A stretch of DNA of 64,000 nt from Hormiphora californensis (GCA_020137815.1 CM035357.1:6572001-6636000); one strand, 5' to 3'; positions 21,903 through 41,039 are shown, counted from the first letter of the stretch. Notes: generated from the sequence alone by a model not told the origin. Numbers and translations are program-made.

Positions 21903-24900
21903 ATGTCAGATGACCCACCCCCTCCACCCCCACCACCACCTCCACCCCGAAAACCATCAGACCATCCACCGCCACCACCTCCCCCTCCACCCCCGCCGCA
22001 ACTCCAACAACTAATACAACCTCCACCACCACCCCCTCCCCAACAACCTTCAAACAGACAACTTCAACAACCCCCAACGCCACAACACCCACCCCGACAC
22101 CCACCCCGACACCCACCCCAACAACCCCCACCCCCACAGCCCCAACACCCACCCCAACACCCACCACAACACCCACCCCAACACCCACCCCAACACCCAT
22201 CCCAACACCCACCCCAACACCCATCCCAACACCCACCCCAACAACCGCCATCACAACCTCATACGCTACAGCCATCCATCTTCCAACCGGTACACGAGAG
22301 ACCACCCAAGGAACATGTCCATTTTGATGCTAAATGGGCCAACAAACGAGGTATGTTTTTCATCGTCTAAATTATTTAGATTAATGATACTAGCAAAACT
22401 GGGGCGATCGTACCGATCGCAAATCGACGGGTCTGTTTCTATATTTTTCTCTCTGCCTGTCTGCTGTATGCTATGTGATGTGATCCCTCTCTTTCTCTCC
22501 CTTTTATACATGTGATGTGACCCCTCAAGTCGCAAGCAGTTCTCAACACGTGTGATACGTGATACCTACGAATCACGTCGTCACACTGACGGATCATGTC
22601 GTCACACTGACGGATCACGTCGTCACATTGACGATAGGGTGTCACATTTCCGTGCAAATTTGCATTAGATATAGTTAGATTAATTGCTCCTTTTTCTCAG
22701 GAAGTGGTGGACTAGCGCCCAGTAAAACAACAGTCTACATATCCAACCTTCCCTTCTCTCTTACTAACAATGACCTACACAAGGTAACGTTTTTAACCCT
22801 TTTTATTTCCGGGTCGGTTTTTAGGGAAGTGGGGGCACACTGTCAAAAATTTGTATCAAAGCTTTTTCTTCGTTAACTGGTCTCTCAAGCTTGATATACA
22901 CATGGCACAATAGCTGCTCCTTGTCAGACACTGACTGTACATCGCGCAACCTCGAGAGGACGGTCTTATATGAGACAAAGCTGCTCCACTATAACACAAC
23001 ACACCAGTTACACACGCAGTCTCAATCTTTATCGCCGGCCTCTCCCAAGGCTAATTTTGTGTGCTATCGCTAGTTTTCTTAGCCCAGATAGAGGGTTTTG
23101 CGCGCGGCACTCAACTTCATTCGTACACAGTGCGTAGAATTGAAACATTTGGCTGGCTCTCAGTCAAATTGTCAATTTGTGCCCCGTTTAGCGTTTACCA
23201 AACTTTCGCTTAATCGGATTTAAATAAAAATACAATAGCCCGAGGAAATTATTGTTTATCAACTGTATGGGTTAGATAACTTGGTCCAGACAAGATATAC
23301 TGTTTTGTTTATCTAACTGGTAATATCAGTAACCAGTTATCACACTTTCACCATTCTTGGCAAACTTCCAATACTCACTTCCTGCCTGTTACTATAGCGA
23401 TGTCTCATGCCAAGCGAAGGAAAAAGAACCCAACACCATTAGTTCCCTACCGACGCGGTTTTAAACCCCCAACCCCTGCTCAGCAGCTCACCGCTATCGG
23501 CTCCACTCTTCCAGAGTTCAACTCTACAGGATTCTCCCCTATCCCACCTTGTTCTAGTATTGATGACTGGTTAGCCCAGTACAACGAGCAGGGTCAGACC
23601 GCTGAACAGTTCCTGGATGAGACGCCATGGTTGGGGGAAGTAGCGGGTATGACTGGGTACAGGGCACAAGGAGGGACAATTCTAGAGAAGTATCGTAGTG
23701 GAAAGATTGTTCTGGTTCCCCTGATAGCTGGAACAAATGATGATGGGTTAGATACAGAGTCCCTAGCGGAGTTCGCTCAGGCATATCTTGGGATCCCGTG
23801 TGAGGTACAGCCACCCATTACTGCTACAGTGGAAAATGGGAAAGTGTTCATTCCCCCAACCGGTAAAAGCAAGCGGAGACGTAACTTAAAGAGCCGTATC
23901 TCAATTGAAAACGGGAAATTCCAAATCCAGGTCTCCTCCGCTTTGTCCCTCGCTAAATCCCTCCTAACTAGCGATACTATAGCTCTGATAATCCTCACTA
24001 AACTAGAGCTGTTTGACACAGAACCAGATCTGTTTGTAGCTGGCATGGCGGAGGGGAACAGTAGAGTTGCTGTGTTCTCCCTACTCAGATATGATCCTAA
24101 TCTGACATTCTCATCTGAGTTCTGGTGGGATGTGAGGGAGAAGAAGGGACGAGGGATGCTGAAGGAGGGGGATAGAAAGAGACTGGTCATGGAACGGAGT
24201 TGTAAATTGTTGGTGCATGAAACTATGCATCTTCTTGGACTTGACCACTGTATTTACTATGAGTGTGTTATGAATGGTTCAGGGCACCTTGAGGAGGACT
24301 ACAGGCAACCCATGCACCTGTGTCCGGTGTGCCTGAGGAAGGTGTCCGTATTGGTGGGCTGGTCAGTCGTGGAGAGGTTTGGGGTGTTGGAGGGGGTGTA
24401 CAGAGAGAGGGGAATGGAGAAGGAGGTGTGCTGGGTGGAAAAGAGACAGCAGTTTTTGGAGGGGACACAAGAATAAAGATAATATCCCGATAATATGTGT
24501 ATCTTCTATGTCATATGTGTTTATGTTTCGTTTAACAGAGTTTACATGTGTGTATATTTTGCTTGTAAAGTTTAGATTAATTTTTACAATTTTTCGACCA
24601 GTGTCTACCTCTTATTTTATGATGTCTATAAGTGTTTTGCTTTATTTATTATCTCCCCCTACCTAATACCTTTCTCTTTTCAGATTCTTGAGAAGTTTGG
24701 ACGGGTCATAAAGTAAGTTACATATGCAGGCCCTTTATTATTAGCAAATAGCAGCCCTTAGTGCCTGGGGGCAGTATTTTTAGTTCTATTCCCTTACAGA
24801 CTAATACATGATTTTGCTGGGGGTAGCATTATTTAGCAGGTTTATTCCCGGGTGTAAAAACATTGTTTAACAACAACCTCCCCCAGGGTATCAATACCAC

Positions 24901-25837
24901 GAGATGAAAAACACCGGAGTAAGGGCATCGCTTTTGCCTTGTTCCTCGAGCGGGAACCCTGCATTAGACTTATCAACGCATTCGATGGAACTCAGGTGAA
25001 TTTTAATCAGAAATAGGGAGAAAGGGAGTCATACAGCTGTAGCAGTTTAGTGGTGCAGTGTGTTACCATGGTTACAGGTCCGTTACATCCCCGTTACCAT
25101 GGTTACATACCCACTAGTTGGCGACTATCCAAGTGTGTATTGTGTGTGTTTCAGAGGAAGGAAGATACGGGCTTACACAGCATATATATATCCTGTCCTG
25201 TCCTTATTACAGTATTACTTACAATCTCTCTCGCTACTTGTTTGTTATGTTGGTATCTTTTATTGACCATATAATTACTCGATGATCATTAATTAAGGAT
25301 AATTGATTCATTCCCGGTGCTCCAACCCCCTATTTCCTCAGTTGTTTGGTAGGACCCTCCACTGCTCCATTGCTAAAGATAACGGTCGAACAAGAGAGTT
25401 CATCCGGAGAAAGGAATACCCAGAAAAGAATTCTTGCTATGAGTGCGGTGAGATGGGTCACCTGAGCTACAAAGTGTACCCAGAATGTGCTGGGAGAGAG
25501 GAAGCGACCCCGGAGGAAGAAAAGAAAACGAAAAGATCCCAGAGAGGAGCCAGATAACTATAATGATCCTGATATATCCCTGGCCCAGGCTGTTGATGAG
25601 GATGCTGCTGAGAGAGAGGAGGAGGATAGGAGGGTTGCTGAGACGATGCCACCACCACCCAGTGCCCCTGTTGTAGCGGTGTATCAGGGGCCAGATGGGC
25701 AGTTGATTGGAAGTGCTAGTAATGAAGGGTGGGTGTCAATGAGTGACCACACGCCAGGGAAGAAGAAGGAGGGGAAGAGGAAACGGTTCACGCAGGACTC
25801 TTATTTTAGTGATGAGGAAATATTGGAGGAGAGTTGA
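21903..25837 (+). CDS. ZCRB1: ZCRB1 (U11/U12 snRNP 31K; RRM + CCHC knuckle) with an N-terminal Pro/Gln/His extension
   Basis: Exons 21903-22350, 22701-22783 ([27 protein letters not shown]), 24684-24712, 24887-24995 ([10 protein letters not shown]) and 25342-25837 ([26 protein letters not shown]...[13 protein letters not shown][C]...LGER). One extra base near 25471 breaks the frame. Confidence 0.9.
22390..22679 (-). mobile_element. Non-autonomous Helitron in ZCRB1 intron 1
   Basis: Minus strand: A|TCTAACTATATCTAATGCAAATT start, 3' hairpin gcgatcggtacgatcgc followed by CTAG|T, and internal 21-bp tandem repeats. Confidence 0.65.
23400..24476 (+). CDS. Archaemetzincin (peptidase M54, AMZ2-like), intronless
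   Basis: Intact 358-aa ORF containing [19 protein letters not shown] and LCPVCLRK, plus the N-terminal [12 protein letters not shown] motif. Confidence 0.92.
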   Translation: MSHAKRRKKNPTPLVPYRRGFKPPTPAQQLTAIGSTLPEFNSTGFSPIPPCSSIDDWLAQYNEQGQTAEQFLDETPWLGEVAGMTGYRAQGGTILEKYRSGKIVLVPLIAGTNDDGLDTESLAEFAQAYLGIPCEVQPPITATVENGKVFIPPTGKSKRRRNLKSRISIENGKFQIQVSSALSLAKSLLTSDTIALIILTKLELFDTEPDLFVAGMAEGNSRVAVFSLLRYDPNLTFSSEFWWDVREKKGRGMLKEGDRKRLVMERSCKLLVHETMHLLGLDHCIYYECVMNGSGHLEEDYRQPMHLCPVCLRKVSVLVGWSVVERFGVLEGVYRERGMEKEVCWVEKRQQFLEGTQE

Positions 25838-26248
25838 GAGTTGAGATCCTTTTAACAAGAAGTTGAGAGATGCTGAGGGGGATTGAAAGAGTTTTTGAAA
25901 TTCTTCTAACAATATGAGAAGTTTAGAGATGCTGATTGCTGAGGAGCCAGGAGCGGGGAGCCCCCTAGTGCTAGAGAGATAGAGAGACAGCTAGGAGTAA
26001 ATGATACGAGTCAAATCTAACACTGCTGCTTCAATACCTGCCATTTTATTCAGACTTCATATATTGACAATGAAGTCGTTCCTGTCTCTATTCTCTCTCC
26101 TTTGATAGTTTGTCACCCAACATCCCCCAACTTCCAAGCCCTTATTTCCCAAACCCCTTTATTTCCCAAACCCCTTTATTTCCCAAACTACTTCTCAATA
26201 TTACTAACCGGTCCTTGATCAAACTAGCACTAGGGTGTGTTCCCGCTG

Positions 26249-27303
26249 ATGAATGTGAGTCATATGAACAAGTTGTGTCAGGCCATAGTGCCTGCCCTGA
26301 CACCCTCCCTACACAAGGGACAAGCTGGCAGGATCTGTATAGTAGGAGGATGCCAGGAATATACAGGTAAACTTAGTTGTATAGTGTTTAGTGATTAGTG
26401 AACAATGTATCACTATCATGCATTCTTTTCGACTTTTCAATTGTTGGTCTTTTCGAAGATTTTTTTCTCACCTATGTACAATAACCAGCATCATTTTACA
26501 CCTTCTCCCCTCTCCCAGGTGCCCCCTACTTCGCTGCCATCTCAGCCCTGCGTCTTGGAGCGGACCTAGTCCACGTTATGTGTACCCCGGAGGCAGCCAA
26601 CCCAATCAAATCATACTCCCCCGATCTCATGGTCCTTCCCATCTTGTCCAGAACGGGGGCTAACCAGTTTAACAAGTGGCTGGATAAAACCCACGCTATG
26701 ATAATAGGACCTGGTCTGGGGCGTGATGAGGAGACAATGATAGTTGCTACCGAGTGGATTCACCTCGCAAAACAGAAGAATATTCCCATTATAATTGATG
26801 CTGATGGGTTGCACCTCATCACCGATAACCCAGGGATTATTCGAGGGTACCCTGATGCCATTTTGACACCAAATGTTGTGGAATTTGAACGATTGTTCCA
26901 TGCTCTGACAGGGAAGCCCGCCCAAAAACCGATCTCAGACCGTGATCTAATGACAGTTGCTAATAAACTAAAGTGTGCAGTGGTGTGTAAAGGTGCTGTG
27001 GACAAGGTATGCTGTAAAGAGACCCTGACAGCGTGTTCAGAGGTCGGATCCAGCCGGAGAGTCGGGGGTCAGGGAGATATCTTAGCCGGGGCCATGGGAA
27101 TATTCTCGTTCTGGGCCAAGAATGCGGAACCTAAACTGGAGGGCACCCCGTACCAGACCGTCGCTGCAGCTGCTGCTAGTGCTGTTGTTAAGAGGGCTAA
27201 TGCTCTGACCTTCACCAGACAAGGACGGTCCATGATAACGTCTGATATGGTCGCTACACTGCCAAGGGCATTTATAGAGGTGATGGAAGTGCCCAAGAAG
27301 TAG
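26249..27303 (+). CDS. NAXD: ATP-dependent NAD(P)H-hydrate dehydratase
   Basis: Exons 26249-26366 ([19 protein letters not shown]) and 26519-27303 ([16 protein letters not shown]...[12 protein letters not shown]...IGPGLGR...IIDADGL...ILTPNVVEF...[12 protein letters not shown]). Confidence 0.95.
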
Positions 27304-27883
27304 TAGAGATGTGATTATTTTAGAATGTTAATTCCAGAAGCAGTGATGAGGGGAATATTGTATTGTGTCGACGTAATGCCGTAATGGTATATTTGTAATT
27401 TTGAGTTTTCAATTCAGATTCTTTCTACGAAACATGTTAATTTGCTGTTTCATTTTGACCACTGACCAGGAAGGGAAATGTTGGGCCGCTCATCAAACAG
27501 TAGTGCAAATGTGGCCCCAAATTGGTAACGGTACTGGTACTGCTACTGTCTGTTCTAGATGACATGTCAATGTCATCATGTTTAGATACTGGGCAGTAGC
27601 AGGTGAAGTCACATACTTTTTGGCACAGAACCCAAATCCTGGGTATCTAAAGTGCCCAGCAAACACAGTTGGCGTGAATTGCTTGCCAGTGCCAAATTTC
27701 AGACGGTCATAGCTCCACTCCCTGGTGAGATAGAGACTTGAAATTTTTTGTGTAAGAAGAACTCGACATGATCTCCTTCGAGTCTCTATCTTATCAGGGG
27801 GTGGATCTATGGCCGTCTGACATTTGGCGCTGACAAGCAACTCACGCCAACTGTGTTTGCTGGGTACTATAATCTCTTATCTC

Positions 27884-29052
27884 CTTTTGGGGTTTTAGGC
27901 TACAACTTGTAGCCAATACAAGGGAGTGCGTGATTTGACCTCCGATATGGGTTCCAGAATCTGGAAGTGGACTCAAGAGCTCCAAAACCAAACACTTCTG
28001 AATCTGACCATTGTTTGTTTGTTTGTTTGTACTTGCTGCGTCTGGCGAGTGACCTGCCCGAAAGTAGCGGCGGCCGCACCGAGCACGCTTATTAGGCGCC
28101 CCAGCACGTCCACCACTCCGCCGTAGCAAGGCCACCCACCAATCAGTTTATGCAGAGCATGTTACTTCAGACGCTCCAGGAAGACCGTGGTCAACCACTG
28201 GCGACGCCGAGCAGCGTGAGCCGCACGACGTCGACGGGGGTATCACACTACTCCTGGCCTAAATCAATTCCTAAGGTTTATATTAAGCTGGAGCAGGTAA
28301 CGTTTTGCCTTTGAGAGTGTCTTGAGTTTAGTTTAATCTGGAACAAGGTAACGTTTTGCCTTTGTGGTGACGTTTTGTTCTGGAACCAGGTAGCAAGTCG
28401 TGGAGTTGGTCTGGATCAAGGTTGGGTCTGTCCTAACGGTGTCGGATAGGTTTGATTAGGATTGATTTGGTTCGATTGTCCTTCGTGCTGCGCCCCGATA
28501 GTATCAGTCTGCTCCTGTCCTGACGACAGCTCACCAAGGTGATTGGTCCGTCTCTGCAGGGTCCGACCACTGCCTACTTCTCCCTCGGTTATTGCAGTGC
28601 CTGCAGACGGTACAATTCGTTCCGCTTGTTGGCACCAGGCATCAGGGGTCCAACCAAAGAGAGGAATAGAAGGTAAAACAATCCTGTTTTGAGTGAACTG
28701 TGCTCAGCATGACACTGAGAGTGAGAGTGAGAACATTGGTTTTAATACATTAGTGAGCGACTCTTGCGAGTTTTTTATGGTGAGTTTGTGTATACTTTGG
28801 TTGGGCGGGTGATGGTTAGTGTAAAGTTATAACATTGTGAAAGCTCTGAAAGAGAGACTTGTTGAGTGGGCATTTAGATATTAGGGCTTTTTAGATTTAT
28901 TGTTAATTTTGACAGAAGACAATACGGACTGACCCCTTTTGGGGTTGTAGCCAATACAAGGAAGTGTGTGACTTTACCTCCGCCATGGGTTATTGGGTTC
29001 CAGAATCTGGACTCAAGAGCTCCAAAACTAAACACTTCTGAATCTGACCATT
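27884..29052 (+). repeat. Pair of diverged ~120-bp direct repeats (~27884-28013 and ~28936-29052)
   Basis: Both copies read ttgtagccaatacaagg...ggttccagaatctgg...actcaagagctccaaaa..aaacacttctgaatctgaccattg. Confidence 0.75.
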
Positions 29053-29483
29053 GCGCGCATACAACTCCACTGACAATTGTACTTTTCCTCAATACCCAGA
29101 CCTCGCGCGCTACGTTTCGAATGTGGAGCGTAGAGTGGCGTGTGACTGTGAGCAATGACCGAGAGTGTATCAATGAATCATGATCGGATTAGGACTTTTA
29201 GTTTTGAGTTTTAGGACTTAGGGCCGGTCTACGACAATTGTATTTTCTACATATAAAAGAATTTAACAATTACAAAACGTTTTTACCGTGTTGGGTCAAT
29301 ACATAACTGAACATACTTTTGTCCCTTGACTGGAAGAGAGGGACTTGGCATTTTTCACGTCCCACTAGTGTACGAGGACGTGAAACGTGTCAAAAAGGAA
29401 CGAAAAAAGAGAAATAGACACTAAAACGGATGTAGTATAGCGGATACTGAATAAAACCACCATCTCGATAGAGAAACACACTC

Positions 29484-35765
<6,282 letters not shown>

Positions 35766-36329
35766 CAACCATCAGATTCATCGAATGAAGTTGAGAAAAA
35801 TTACTTGCTGATTGGGTTGGATAGGTTTTAGAGTGAATATACTTGTTTTAAACAACTAGTTTACTGTTTAGCGCATGCCGCAGCCCGCACTGAGCACTCC
35901 AGAGCCGGGAGCGGCCGACTGTCGAGTCCAGATAACATTGAGAAATGAGAACTTGGGGGCTAGTGACTGAGGACATTTAGGATTCAGTATTGACCACGCA
36001 TTGGAACAGGGGAAATAGTCTAAGTAGTCGGAAAAACTGAAAAGTCAAGTTCAAAAAACGCTGTTTACGAATTTTTGATTTTTGAGCTTTTCTGAAACGA
36101 AATAAAAAGACTGATCCACCGCGCGCGTTAGCGCGGTAACAATTTGCATCGAATTGTTTGAAAAAAGGCCGACACGTCTGACGCCGTCGCACAGAAATAG
36201 TCATGCTTTCCATTTTCCAAAATGGCACACGCAACTGTGAACTGATGATGACAATATTTAAAGGGCAGTAAAAAATAAAATATAAGCTATACAACATATG
36301 TACATAATTATATCTAAACCTGTAAATAA

Positions 36330-37999
36330 TTAACTTTCAAACTTTATCCTGGGATTAATCTTCCTAAAACTCTCAAAACTTTTTACATATGTACAACCAA
36401 AGGTGCTCAAAACCTCCAATCTATCACACTTATGAACAACATTCTTTACACACTCATCGTTAATAAAAGAACAGAAGTTAACTGATAGCTGCTTCAAGCT
36501 AGAGGAAAGATAATTTCCTATCGCACAACACCCCTTGAAACTCAGTCCAGTAGAACCCAAATCTAGTGCCTGGATGGGATGTCTGACAATGTTCATGACT
36601 CCAGTATTTGTCACCTTAATACACCCACTCAGATCCAATACCCTAATAGACAACAAAGCAGTACAGATACCCTTCAACAGTTGATCATTAACTGCAGGAA
36701 CATGGGCTAGGGACAGAGTTGAAATGTGGGGGTTTCTCTTCAGTAGAGCTAAAATACTCTCCCCATCCAGAGCTCTACATCCCCTCACATCAAGTAGCCG
36801 GAGTGAGGTTAGGGAGGTGGAGAGGGAGGTTAGAGTGGTAGGTGAGGTTTGGACACAGTTCCCCAGATAGAGGGATGAGAGGTTGGGGCAGTGACTCAGT
36901 TGGGATATAGCATCACCTGTTATTTGGTGGCAACCTGGGAAAGACAGGGGATTAAAATGATTTACATTTTACATCGAGATTCGAGGGGGTTGACAAATTA
37001 AATAGCCAACTCAATTTAGCGAAATCAATGGCAATGTCCAGTCAGTCACCTGTAATATCGATGGCTGAGAGGGAGCGGTAATGTTTCTGTAGAAGGACTC
37101 TAAACCCTCCATCCGAGATACCACTACACATCGGCAGACACACTTTCTCTAGCCTGGAGGAGAGTTGTGTTAGATATGACGATGAACTTTCTCTCCATGT
37201 TCAGTTAGGTCATTCAGGTCTACCGTCTAACTCTCTAAGTCGTTTGTCTCCATTTGAATTGTTCATACTTTCTTGGGGAGCACGAACACAGTGTCAGGAG
37301 ACTCATGTCTCCGTTGTCATTTCATACCTATTTGTTCTGTTGGCAAGTTGAATTATGGAATCATCACTTAGAGAACACAGGGTCAGATGGATATCTCTAA
37401 TGTTAGAACATCTAGCACTAAGATGAAGAAGTAGAGAAGACCCAATCATCTCATTTCCTAAACAGTCAATCAGGGCGAAACTCTGAAAAGAGGGGAAATG
37501 TTTATTAAACAAGGGAATTAGGTTGTTAGTTTAGCTAGTCAAGGGAAAGGGAAGGGGAGAACCGGAGAAAGGAACAATACAGAATTCCCATTGATTGATA
37601 ATACCTTTAGGGAATCCTCGCATGCCCTGAACATCCCTCTCAGTCCGATAGACGTGACAGCCTCACCATTGCATCCACTAAACACAAGATGCCGAGGGGT
37701 CCTCTCTCCTATCGCCTCCAAACATTGATCACTGAGTCGTCTCCCTGCTACCTTCACTCGCTCCCCTGCAAGGTGTTGTCATGGTAACGGATGGAAACGC
37801 GTGGTTTCCCAAAATTCAAACACTCCAGATTTGTACCGCGCGCGGTTGAACTTTCACCACAACAAAATACTGTGTCGCGCGCGCTCAGATCAACTTTGCC
37901 AATCTTGTCACACCGCATGCTGCAAATCATCTTCACAGCTGAGTGCAAATACTGAGAGCTGTCTCTACGATATATGTTAACATGGACACGAGAGAGGAA

Positions 38000-38036
<37 letters not shown>

Positions 38037-38948
38037 AGGGGAGAGAGAGATAGAGAGAAAGAGAGAGAGAGAGAACCGTGCTAGAAAAAGTTGTAAAAAA
38101 GCTTCAGAAGATATGCAACGTTTAGCCTATTACAAACGTGCTTGTCAACCCTTGTACGTGCGAAGGTCGGGAGTGAGAAGAGAAATTCTTTCAGGAATGA
38201 GTGCATCATCAAGCAGGAATAGAGAATATGGGGAGATGAGTCTTATGCATGAAGAGAATTGAGAGGGGGAATACGAGTATTAAGAAATTCGGAGCCATTT
38301 GTTTAATAAAATTAAAAATTGATTCATGATTCGTTATTTGGAAACTTAATTCTCCAATTACCGGGAAATGAAATGCAACAGTGCCGCAATTTGACTCTGT
38401 AACCGGTTTTACAAGTTCTTATCTGCACAGTGCTATCTCCCTCCCTCTGGCCTCTCCATCTCTCCCTCCCTCCCAGATACCCTGAACCACATAATTTTCT
38501 ACCCTCGTTGTATTAGATCAGTTGCTCTAAAATTCTCATATGTTTGAAACAAAAAGATATGTCTTGTACAAGAATTTGAAGCCTAAGTATTACCAACACT
38601 TCATGTGACGAGTATAATATATGTGTATACTTTCCTTCCTAGAACTTTATCCCTGTCTCCAGTCACCTGACAGTTGTGAGTACTTTCTAACTAGTACCTT
38701 AGCACCTAAACATTGGACCCTGAGATAATTTGAAACTACGTCTGTGCATGTACTCTTTGTAAAATGTCCCACTTGCTGCTGCTGCAGTCAACATGTGTGC
38801 AGTGTGTGTTTGTAACTATCCGTCCCTCTCAGAGAGTCATTCATACACATATTTTACACATGGGATACATGACACATAAACACGCATAGTTATCCCTCCT
38901 CTCTCACACACACTCTCTCCCTCTCTTACACATACACACACACACACA

Positions 38949-39033
<85 letters not shown>

Positions 39034-40666
39034 TCTCTCTCTCTCTCTCTCCCTCCCTCCCCTATATTTGTCTTCCTTTCAGCCCTGTGGGTGTGCACTG
39101 TGCAGCTGCAGTAGTAAGAGCCTCTCTAGACGAGACAAAATCTCGTATGAGGCTACTATAGGAGGCTCCTATAGGAGGCTCCTATAGTAGGTAGATACTC
39201 GTCTAGAGCTTCATTTCTACTCTAACAGCCTGTTAGAGTTTGAACCATTACAGCCTACTATAGGAGGCTCATACGAGGCTCGTCTAGAGATGATTTGGAC
39301 CCTCCTATGAGGCTCCTATAGTAGCTTTTGCACGTGATCGTTGTCACGTGTGAACGAAATATGAAACGGGGACGTTGTGGAAGCCTTACATTCACACTTC
39401 ACCCCCTGTTAACACGACCCATTATTTACCCCGGTATAATATTTCGTTCACACGTGACAACGATCACGTGCAATAGCTACTATAGGAGCCTCATACGACG
39501 GTCCAAATCATCTCTAGACGAGCCTCGTATGAGGCTCCTATAGGAGGCTCCTATCAGGCATGGCGGAACATATTTTTCTCAGCTGGGGCCACTTTCAGAT
39601 ATTTTGATCACGTGACCGGTCACGTGACATTTTCCGATTTTTCAAGTTGCGCGCAGTTTCACCAAACTTCTGGATACTCTATACATCAAATTAAAATTGA
39701 TCAGTAGGCTCATGGTTTGAACTGGGAGGTAGGGAAACAGGTGGTTGTACTGACGGAGGAGCAACTGACTAAGAAGCGTTTCATTGTCGAAGTGCAAATG
39801 TTAAATCACAATTCAAGGATAAATCAATTTCAGTCGAATGGCTAGCTCACGCACACATAGACGAACCCTCATTAGACCGATGTCTATCACTCTATCCCAC
39901 CTTGTATGACAAACTGCCTCTAATAGAATTTCTGTTTAGAGTAATACGAAACGGTTTAGAACATAATCCTGGGCCAGCCTCATACAACGCCAAATTTTTA
40001 CCTAGCGTTAGAAAAAGTATCGGTGAAAGTGGCCCCACCTGCCCCTGGTAGGTAAAATTTTACATGGGGCCATGGCCCCGGCTGCCCCCCTTGTTCCGCC
40101 ACCCCTGGCTCCTATAGTAGCCAGTTACTCGTTTAGAGTGGTCTTGCTACCTATTATAGGAGCCTCCTATAGGAGCCTACTATAGGAGCCTCATACGAGA
40201 TTTTGTCTCGTCTAGAGAGGCTCTTACATTAACCGCTTTGTTCTTCCTTTCTGCTCAAACCGGTAATACTTGTTTGCTCAGTCCACCCTTGAGGGACTCT
40301 TGACCATGCCCCCTCTATTTACCCGCCTCTATAATGGGTTTGTGACTGGAGTTCATTATATACACAATGGTCTCTAAATTTAATTTAAACAATTGTTTGT
40401 GGTACCGGCTCCAGGATAAACAAAGCTACACCGTGCAAAACTCTATCTCTCTTATACCGAGAGAGATGTTTAAAACTTACATATTCTGTGGTTGGTTGAG
40501 ACGGATTGGAGATAGGAGCAAGTCAGGGAAAGTTCTAGAATATCAGATAGAGGGAGGAGGCACATTATCGCAACCCACAGCTCCGTAGGGAGGGACGTCC
40601 AGTTGAGAGAGGGTGTGGTAGTAGAGGGGCCATGACATACCGGACCACTTCTGATATTCTTTACAC
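36330..40666 (-). CDS. F-box/LRR-repeat protein (5' end unresolved)
   Basis: F-box exon 40666-~40481 (NWTSLPTELWVAIMCLLPLSDILELSLTCSYLQSVSTNHRI|W) splices to Cys-containing LRR exons near 37765-37605, 37482-37328, 37153-37050 and 36934-36330 (LDLSGCIKVTNTGV, LSVNFCSFINDECV). Confidence 0.82.
39114..40227. mobile_element. Palindromic MITE-like element hosting nested insertions
   Basis: TIRs gtaagagcctctctagacgagacaaaatctcgtatgaggct / agcctcatacgagattttgtctcgtctagagaggctcttac, with an internal palindrome at ~39255-39545. Confidence 0.8.
39555..40107. mobile_element. hAT-type MITE inserted into the 39114-40227 element
   Basis: CAGGCATGGCGGAACA ... TGTTCCGCCACCCCTG with the 8-bp TSD GCTCCTAT on both sides. 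Confidence 0.85.
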
Positions 40667-41039
40667 CTGACAGGGAGATAGTTTGGTTTAAAATTTACCG
40701 AATATTTTGTACCTAAACAGTATTCTCTTCCTATTAAATATTATAGCATGACAGGAAGTGAGATGGGATTAAATTGGTTGTTTCTAAAGAGATTATGGAG
40801 GGTGATACGAGCTATGACGTCACTAAAGAGTCCTGCCTTCCTGATTATTCTACTAATTATCCCAGCCTCTCTCACTGAACAGGTATGACAGGTCGTTATG
40901 GGGGACTGATTCGGTCAGTGAGTAACAGATGTTTTGCAGTTTTTGCTGAAGGCTAGTTTCTACTTGAATAGACTTTAAAGACAGACTATCTTTAGCTTGT
41001 CGAAGAGAAATGATGTAATTTTCACCATCTGAAACTAGA

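Noticed and set aside
21895-22305. Val/Gly-rich and WVLG-repeat ORFs on the minus strand
   Set aside because: Antisense shadows of the Pro-rich ZCRB1 exon.
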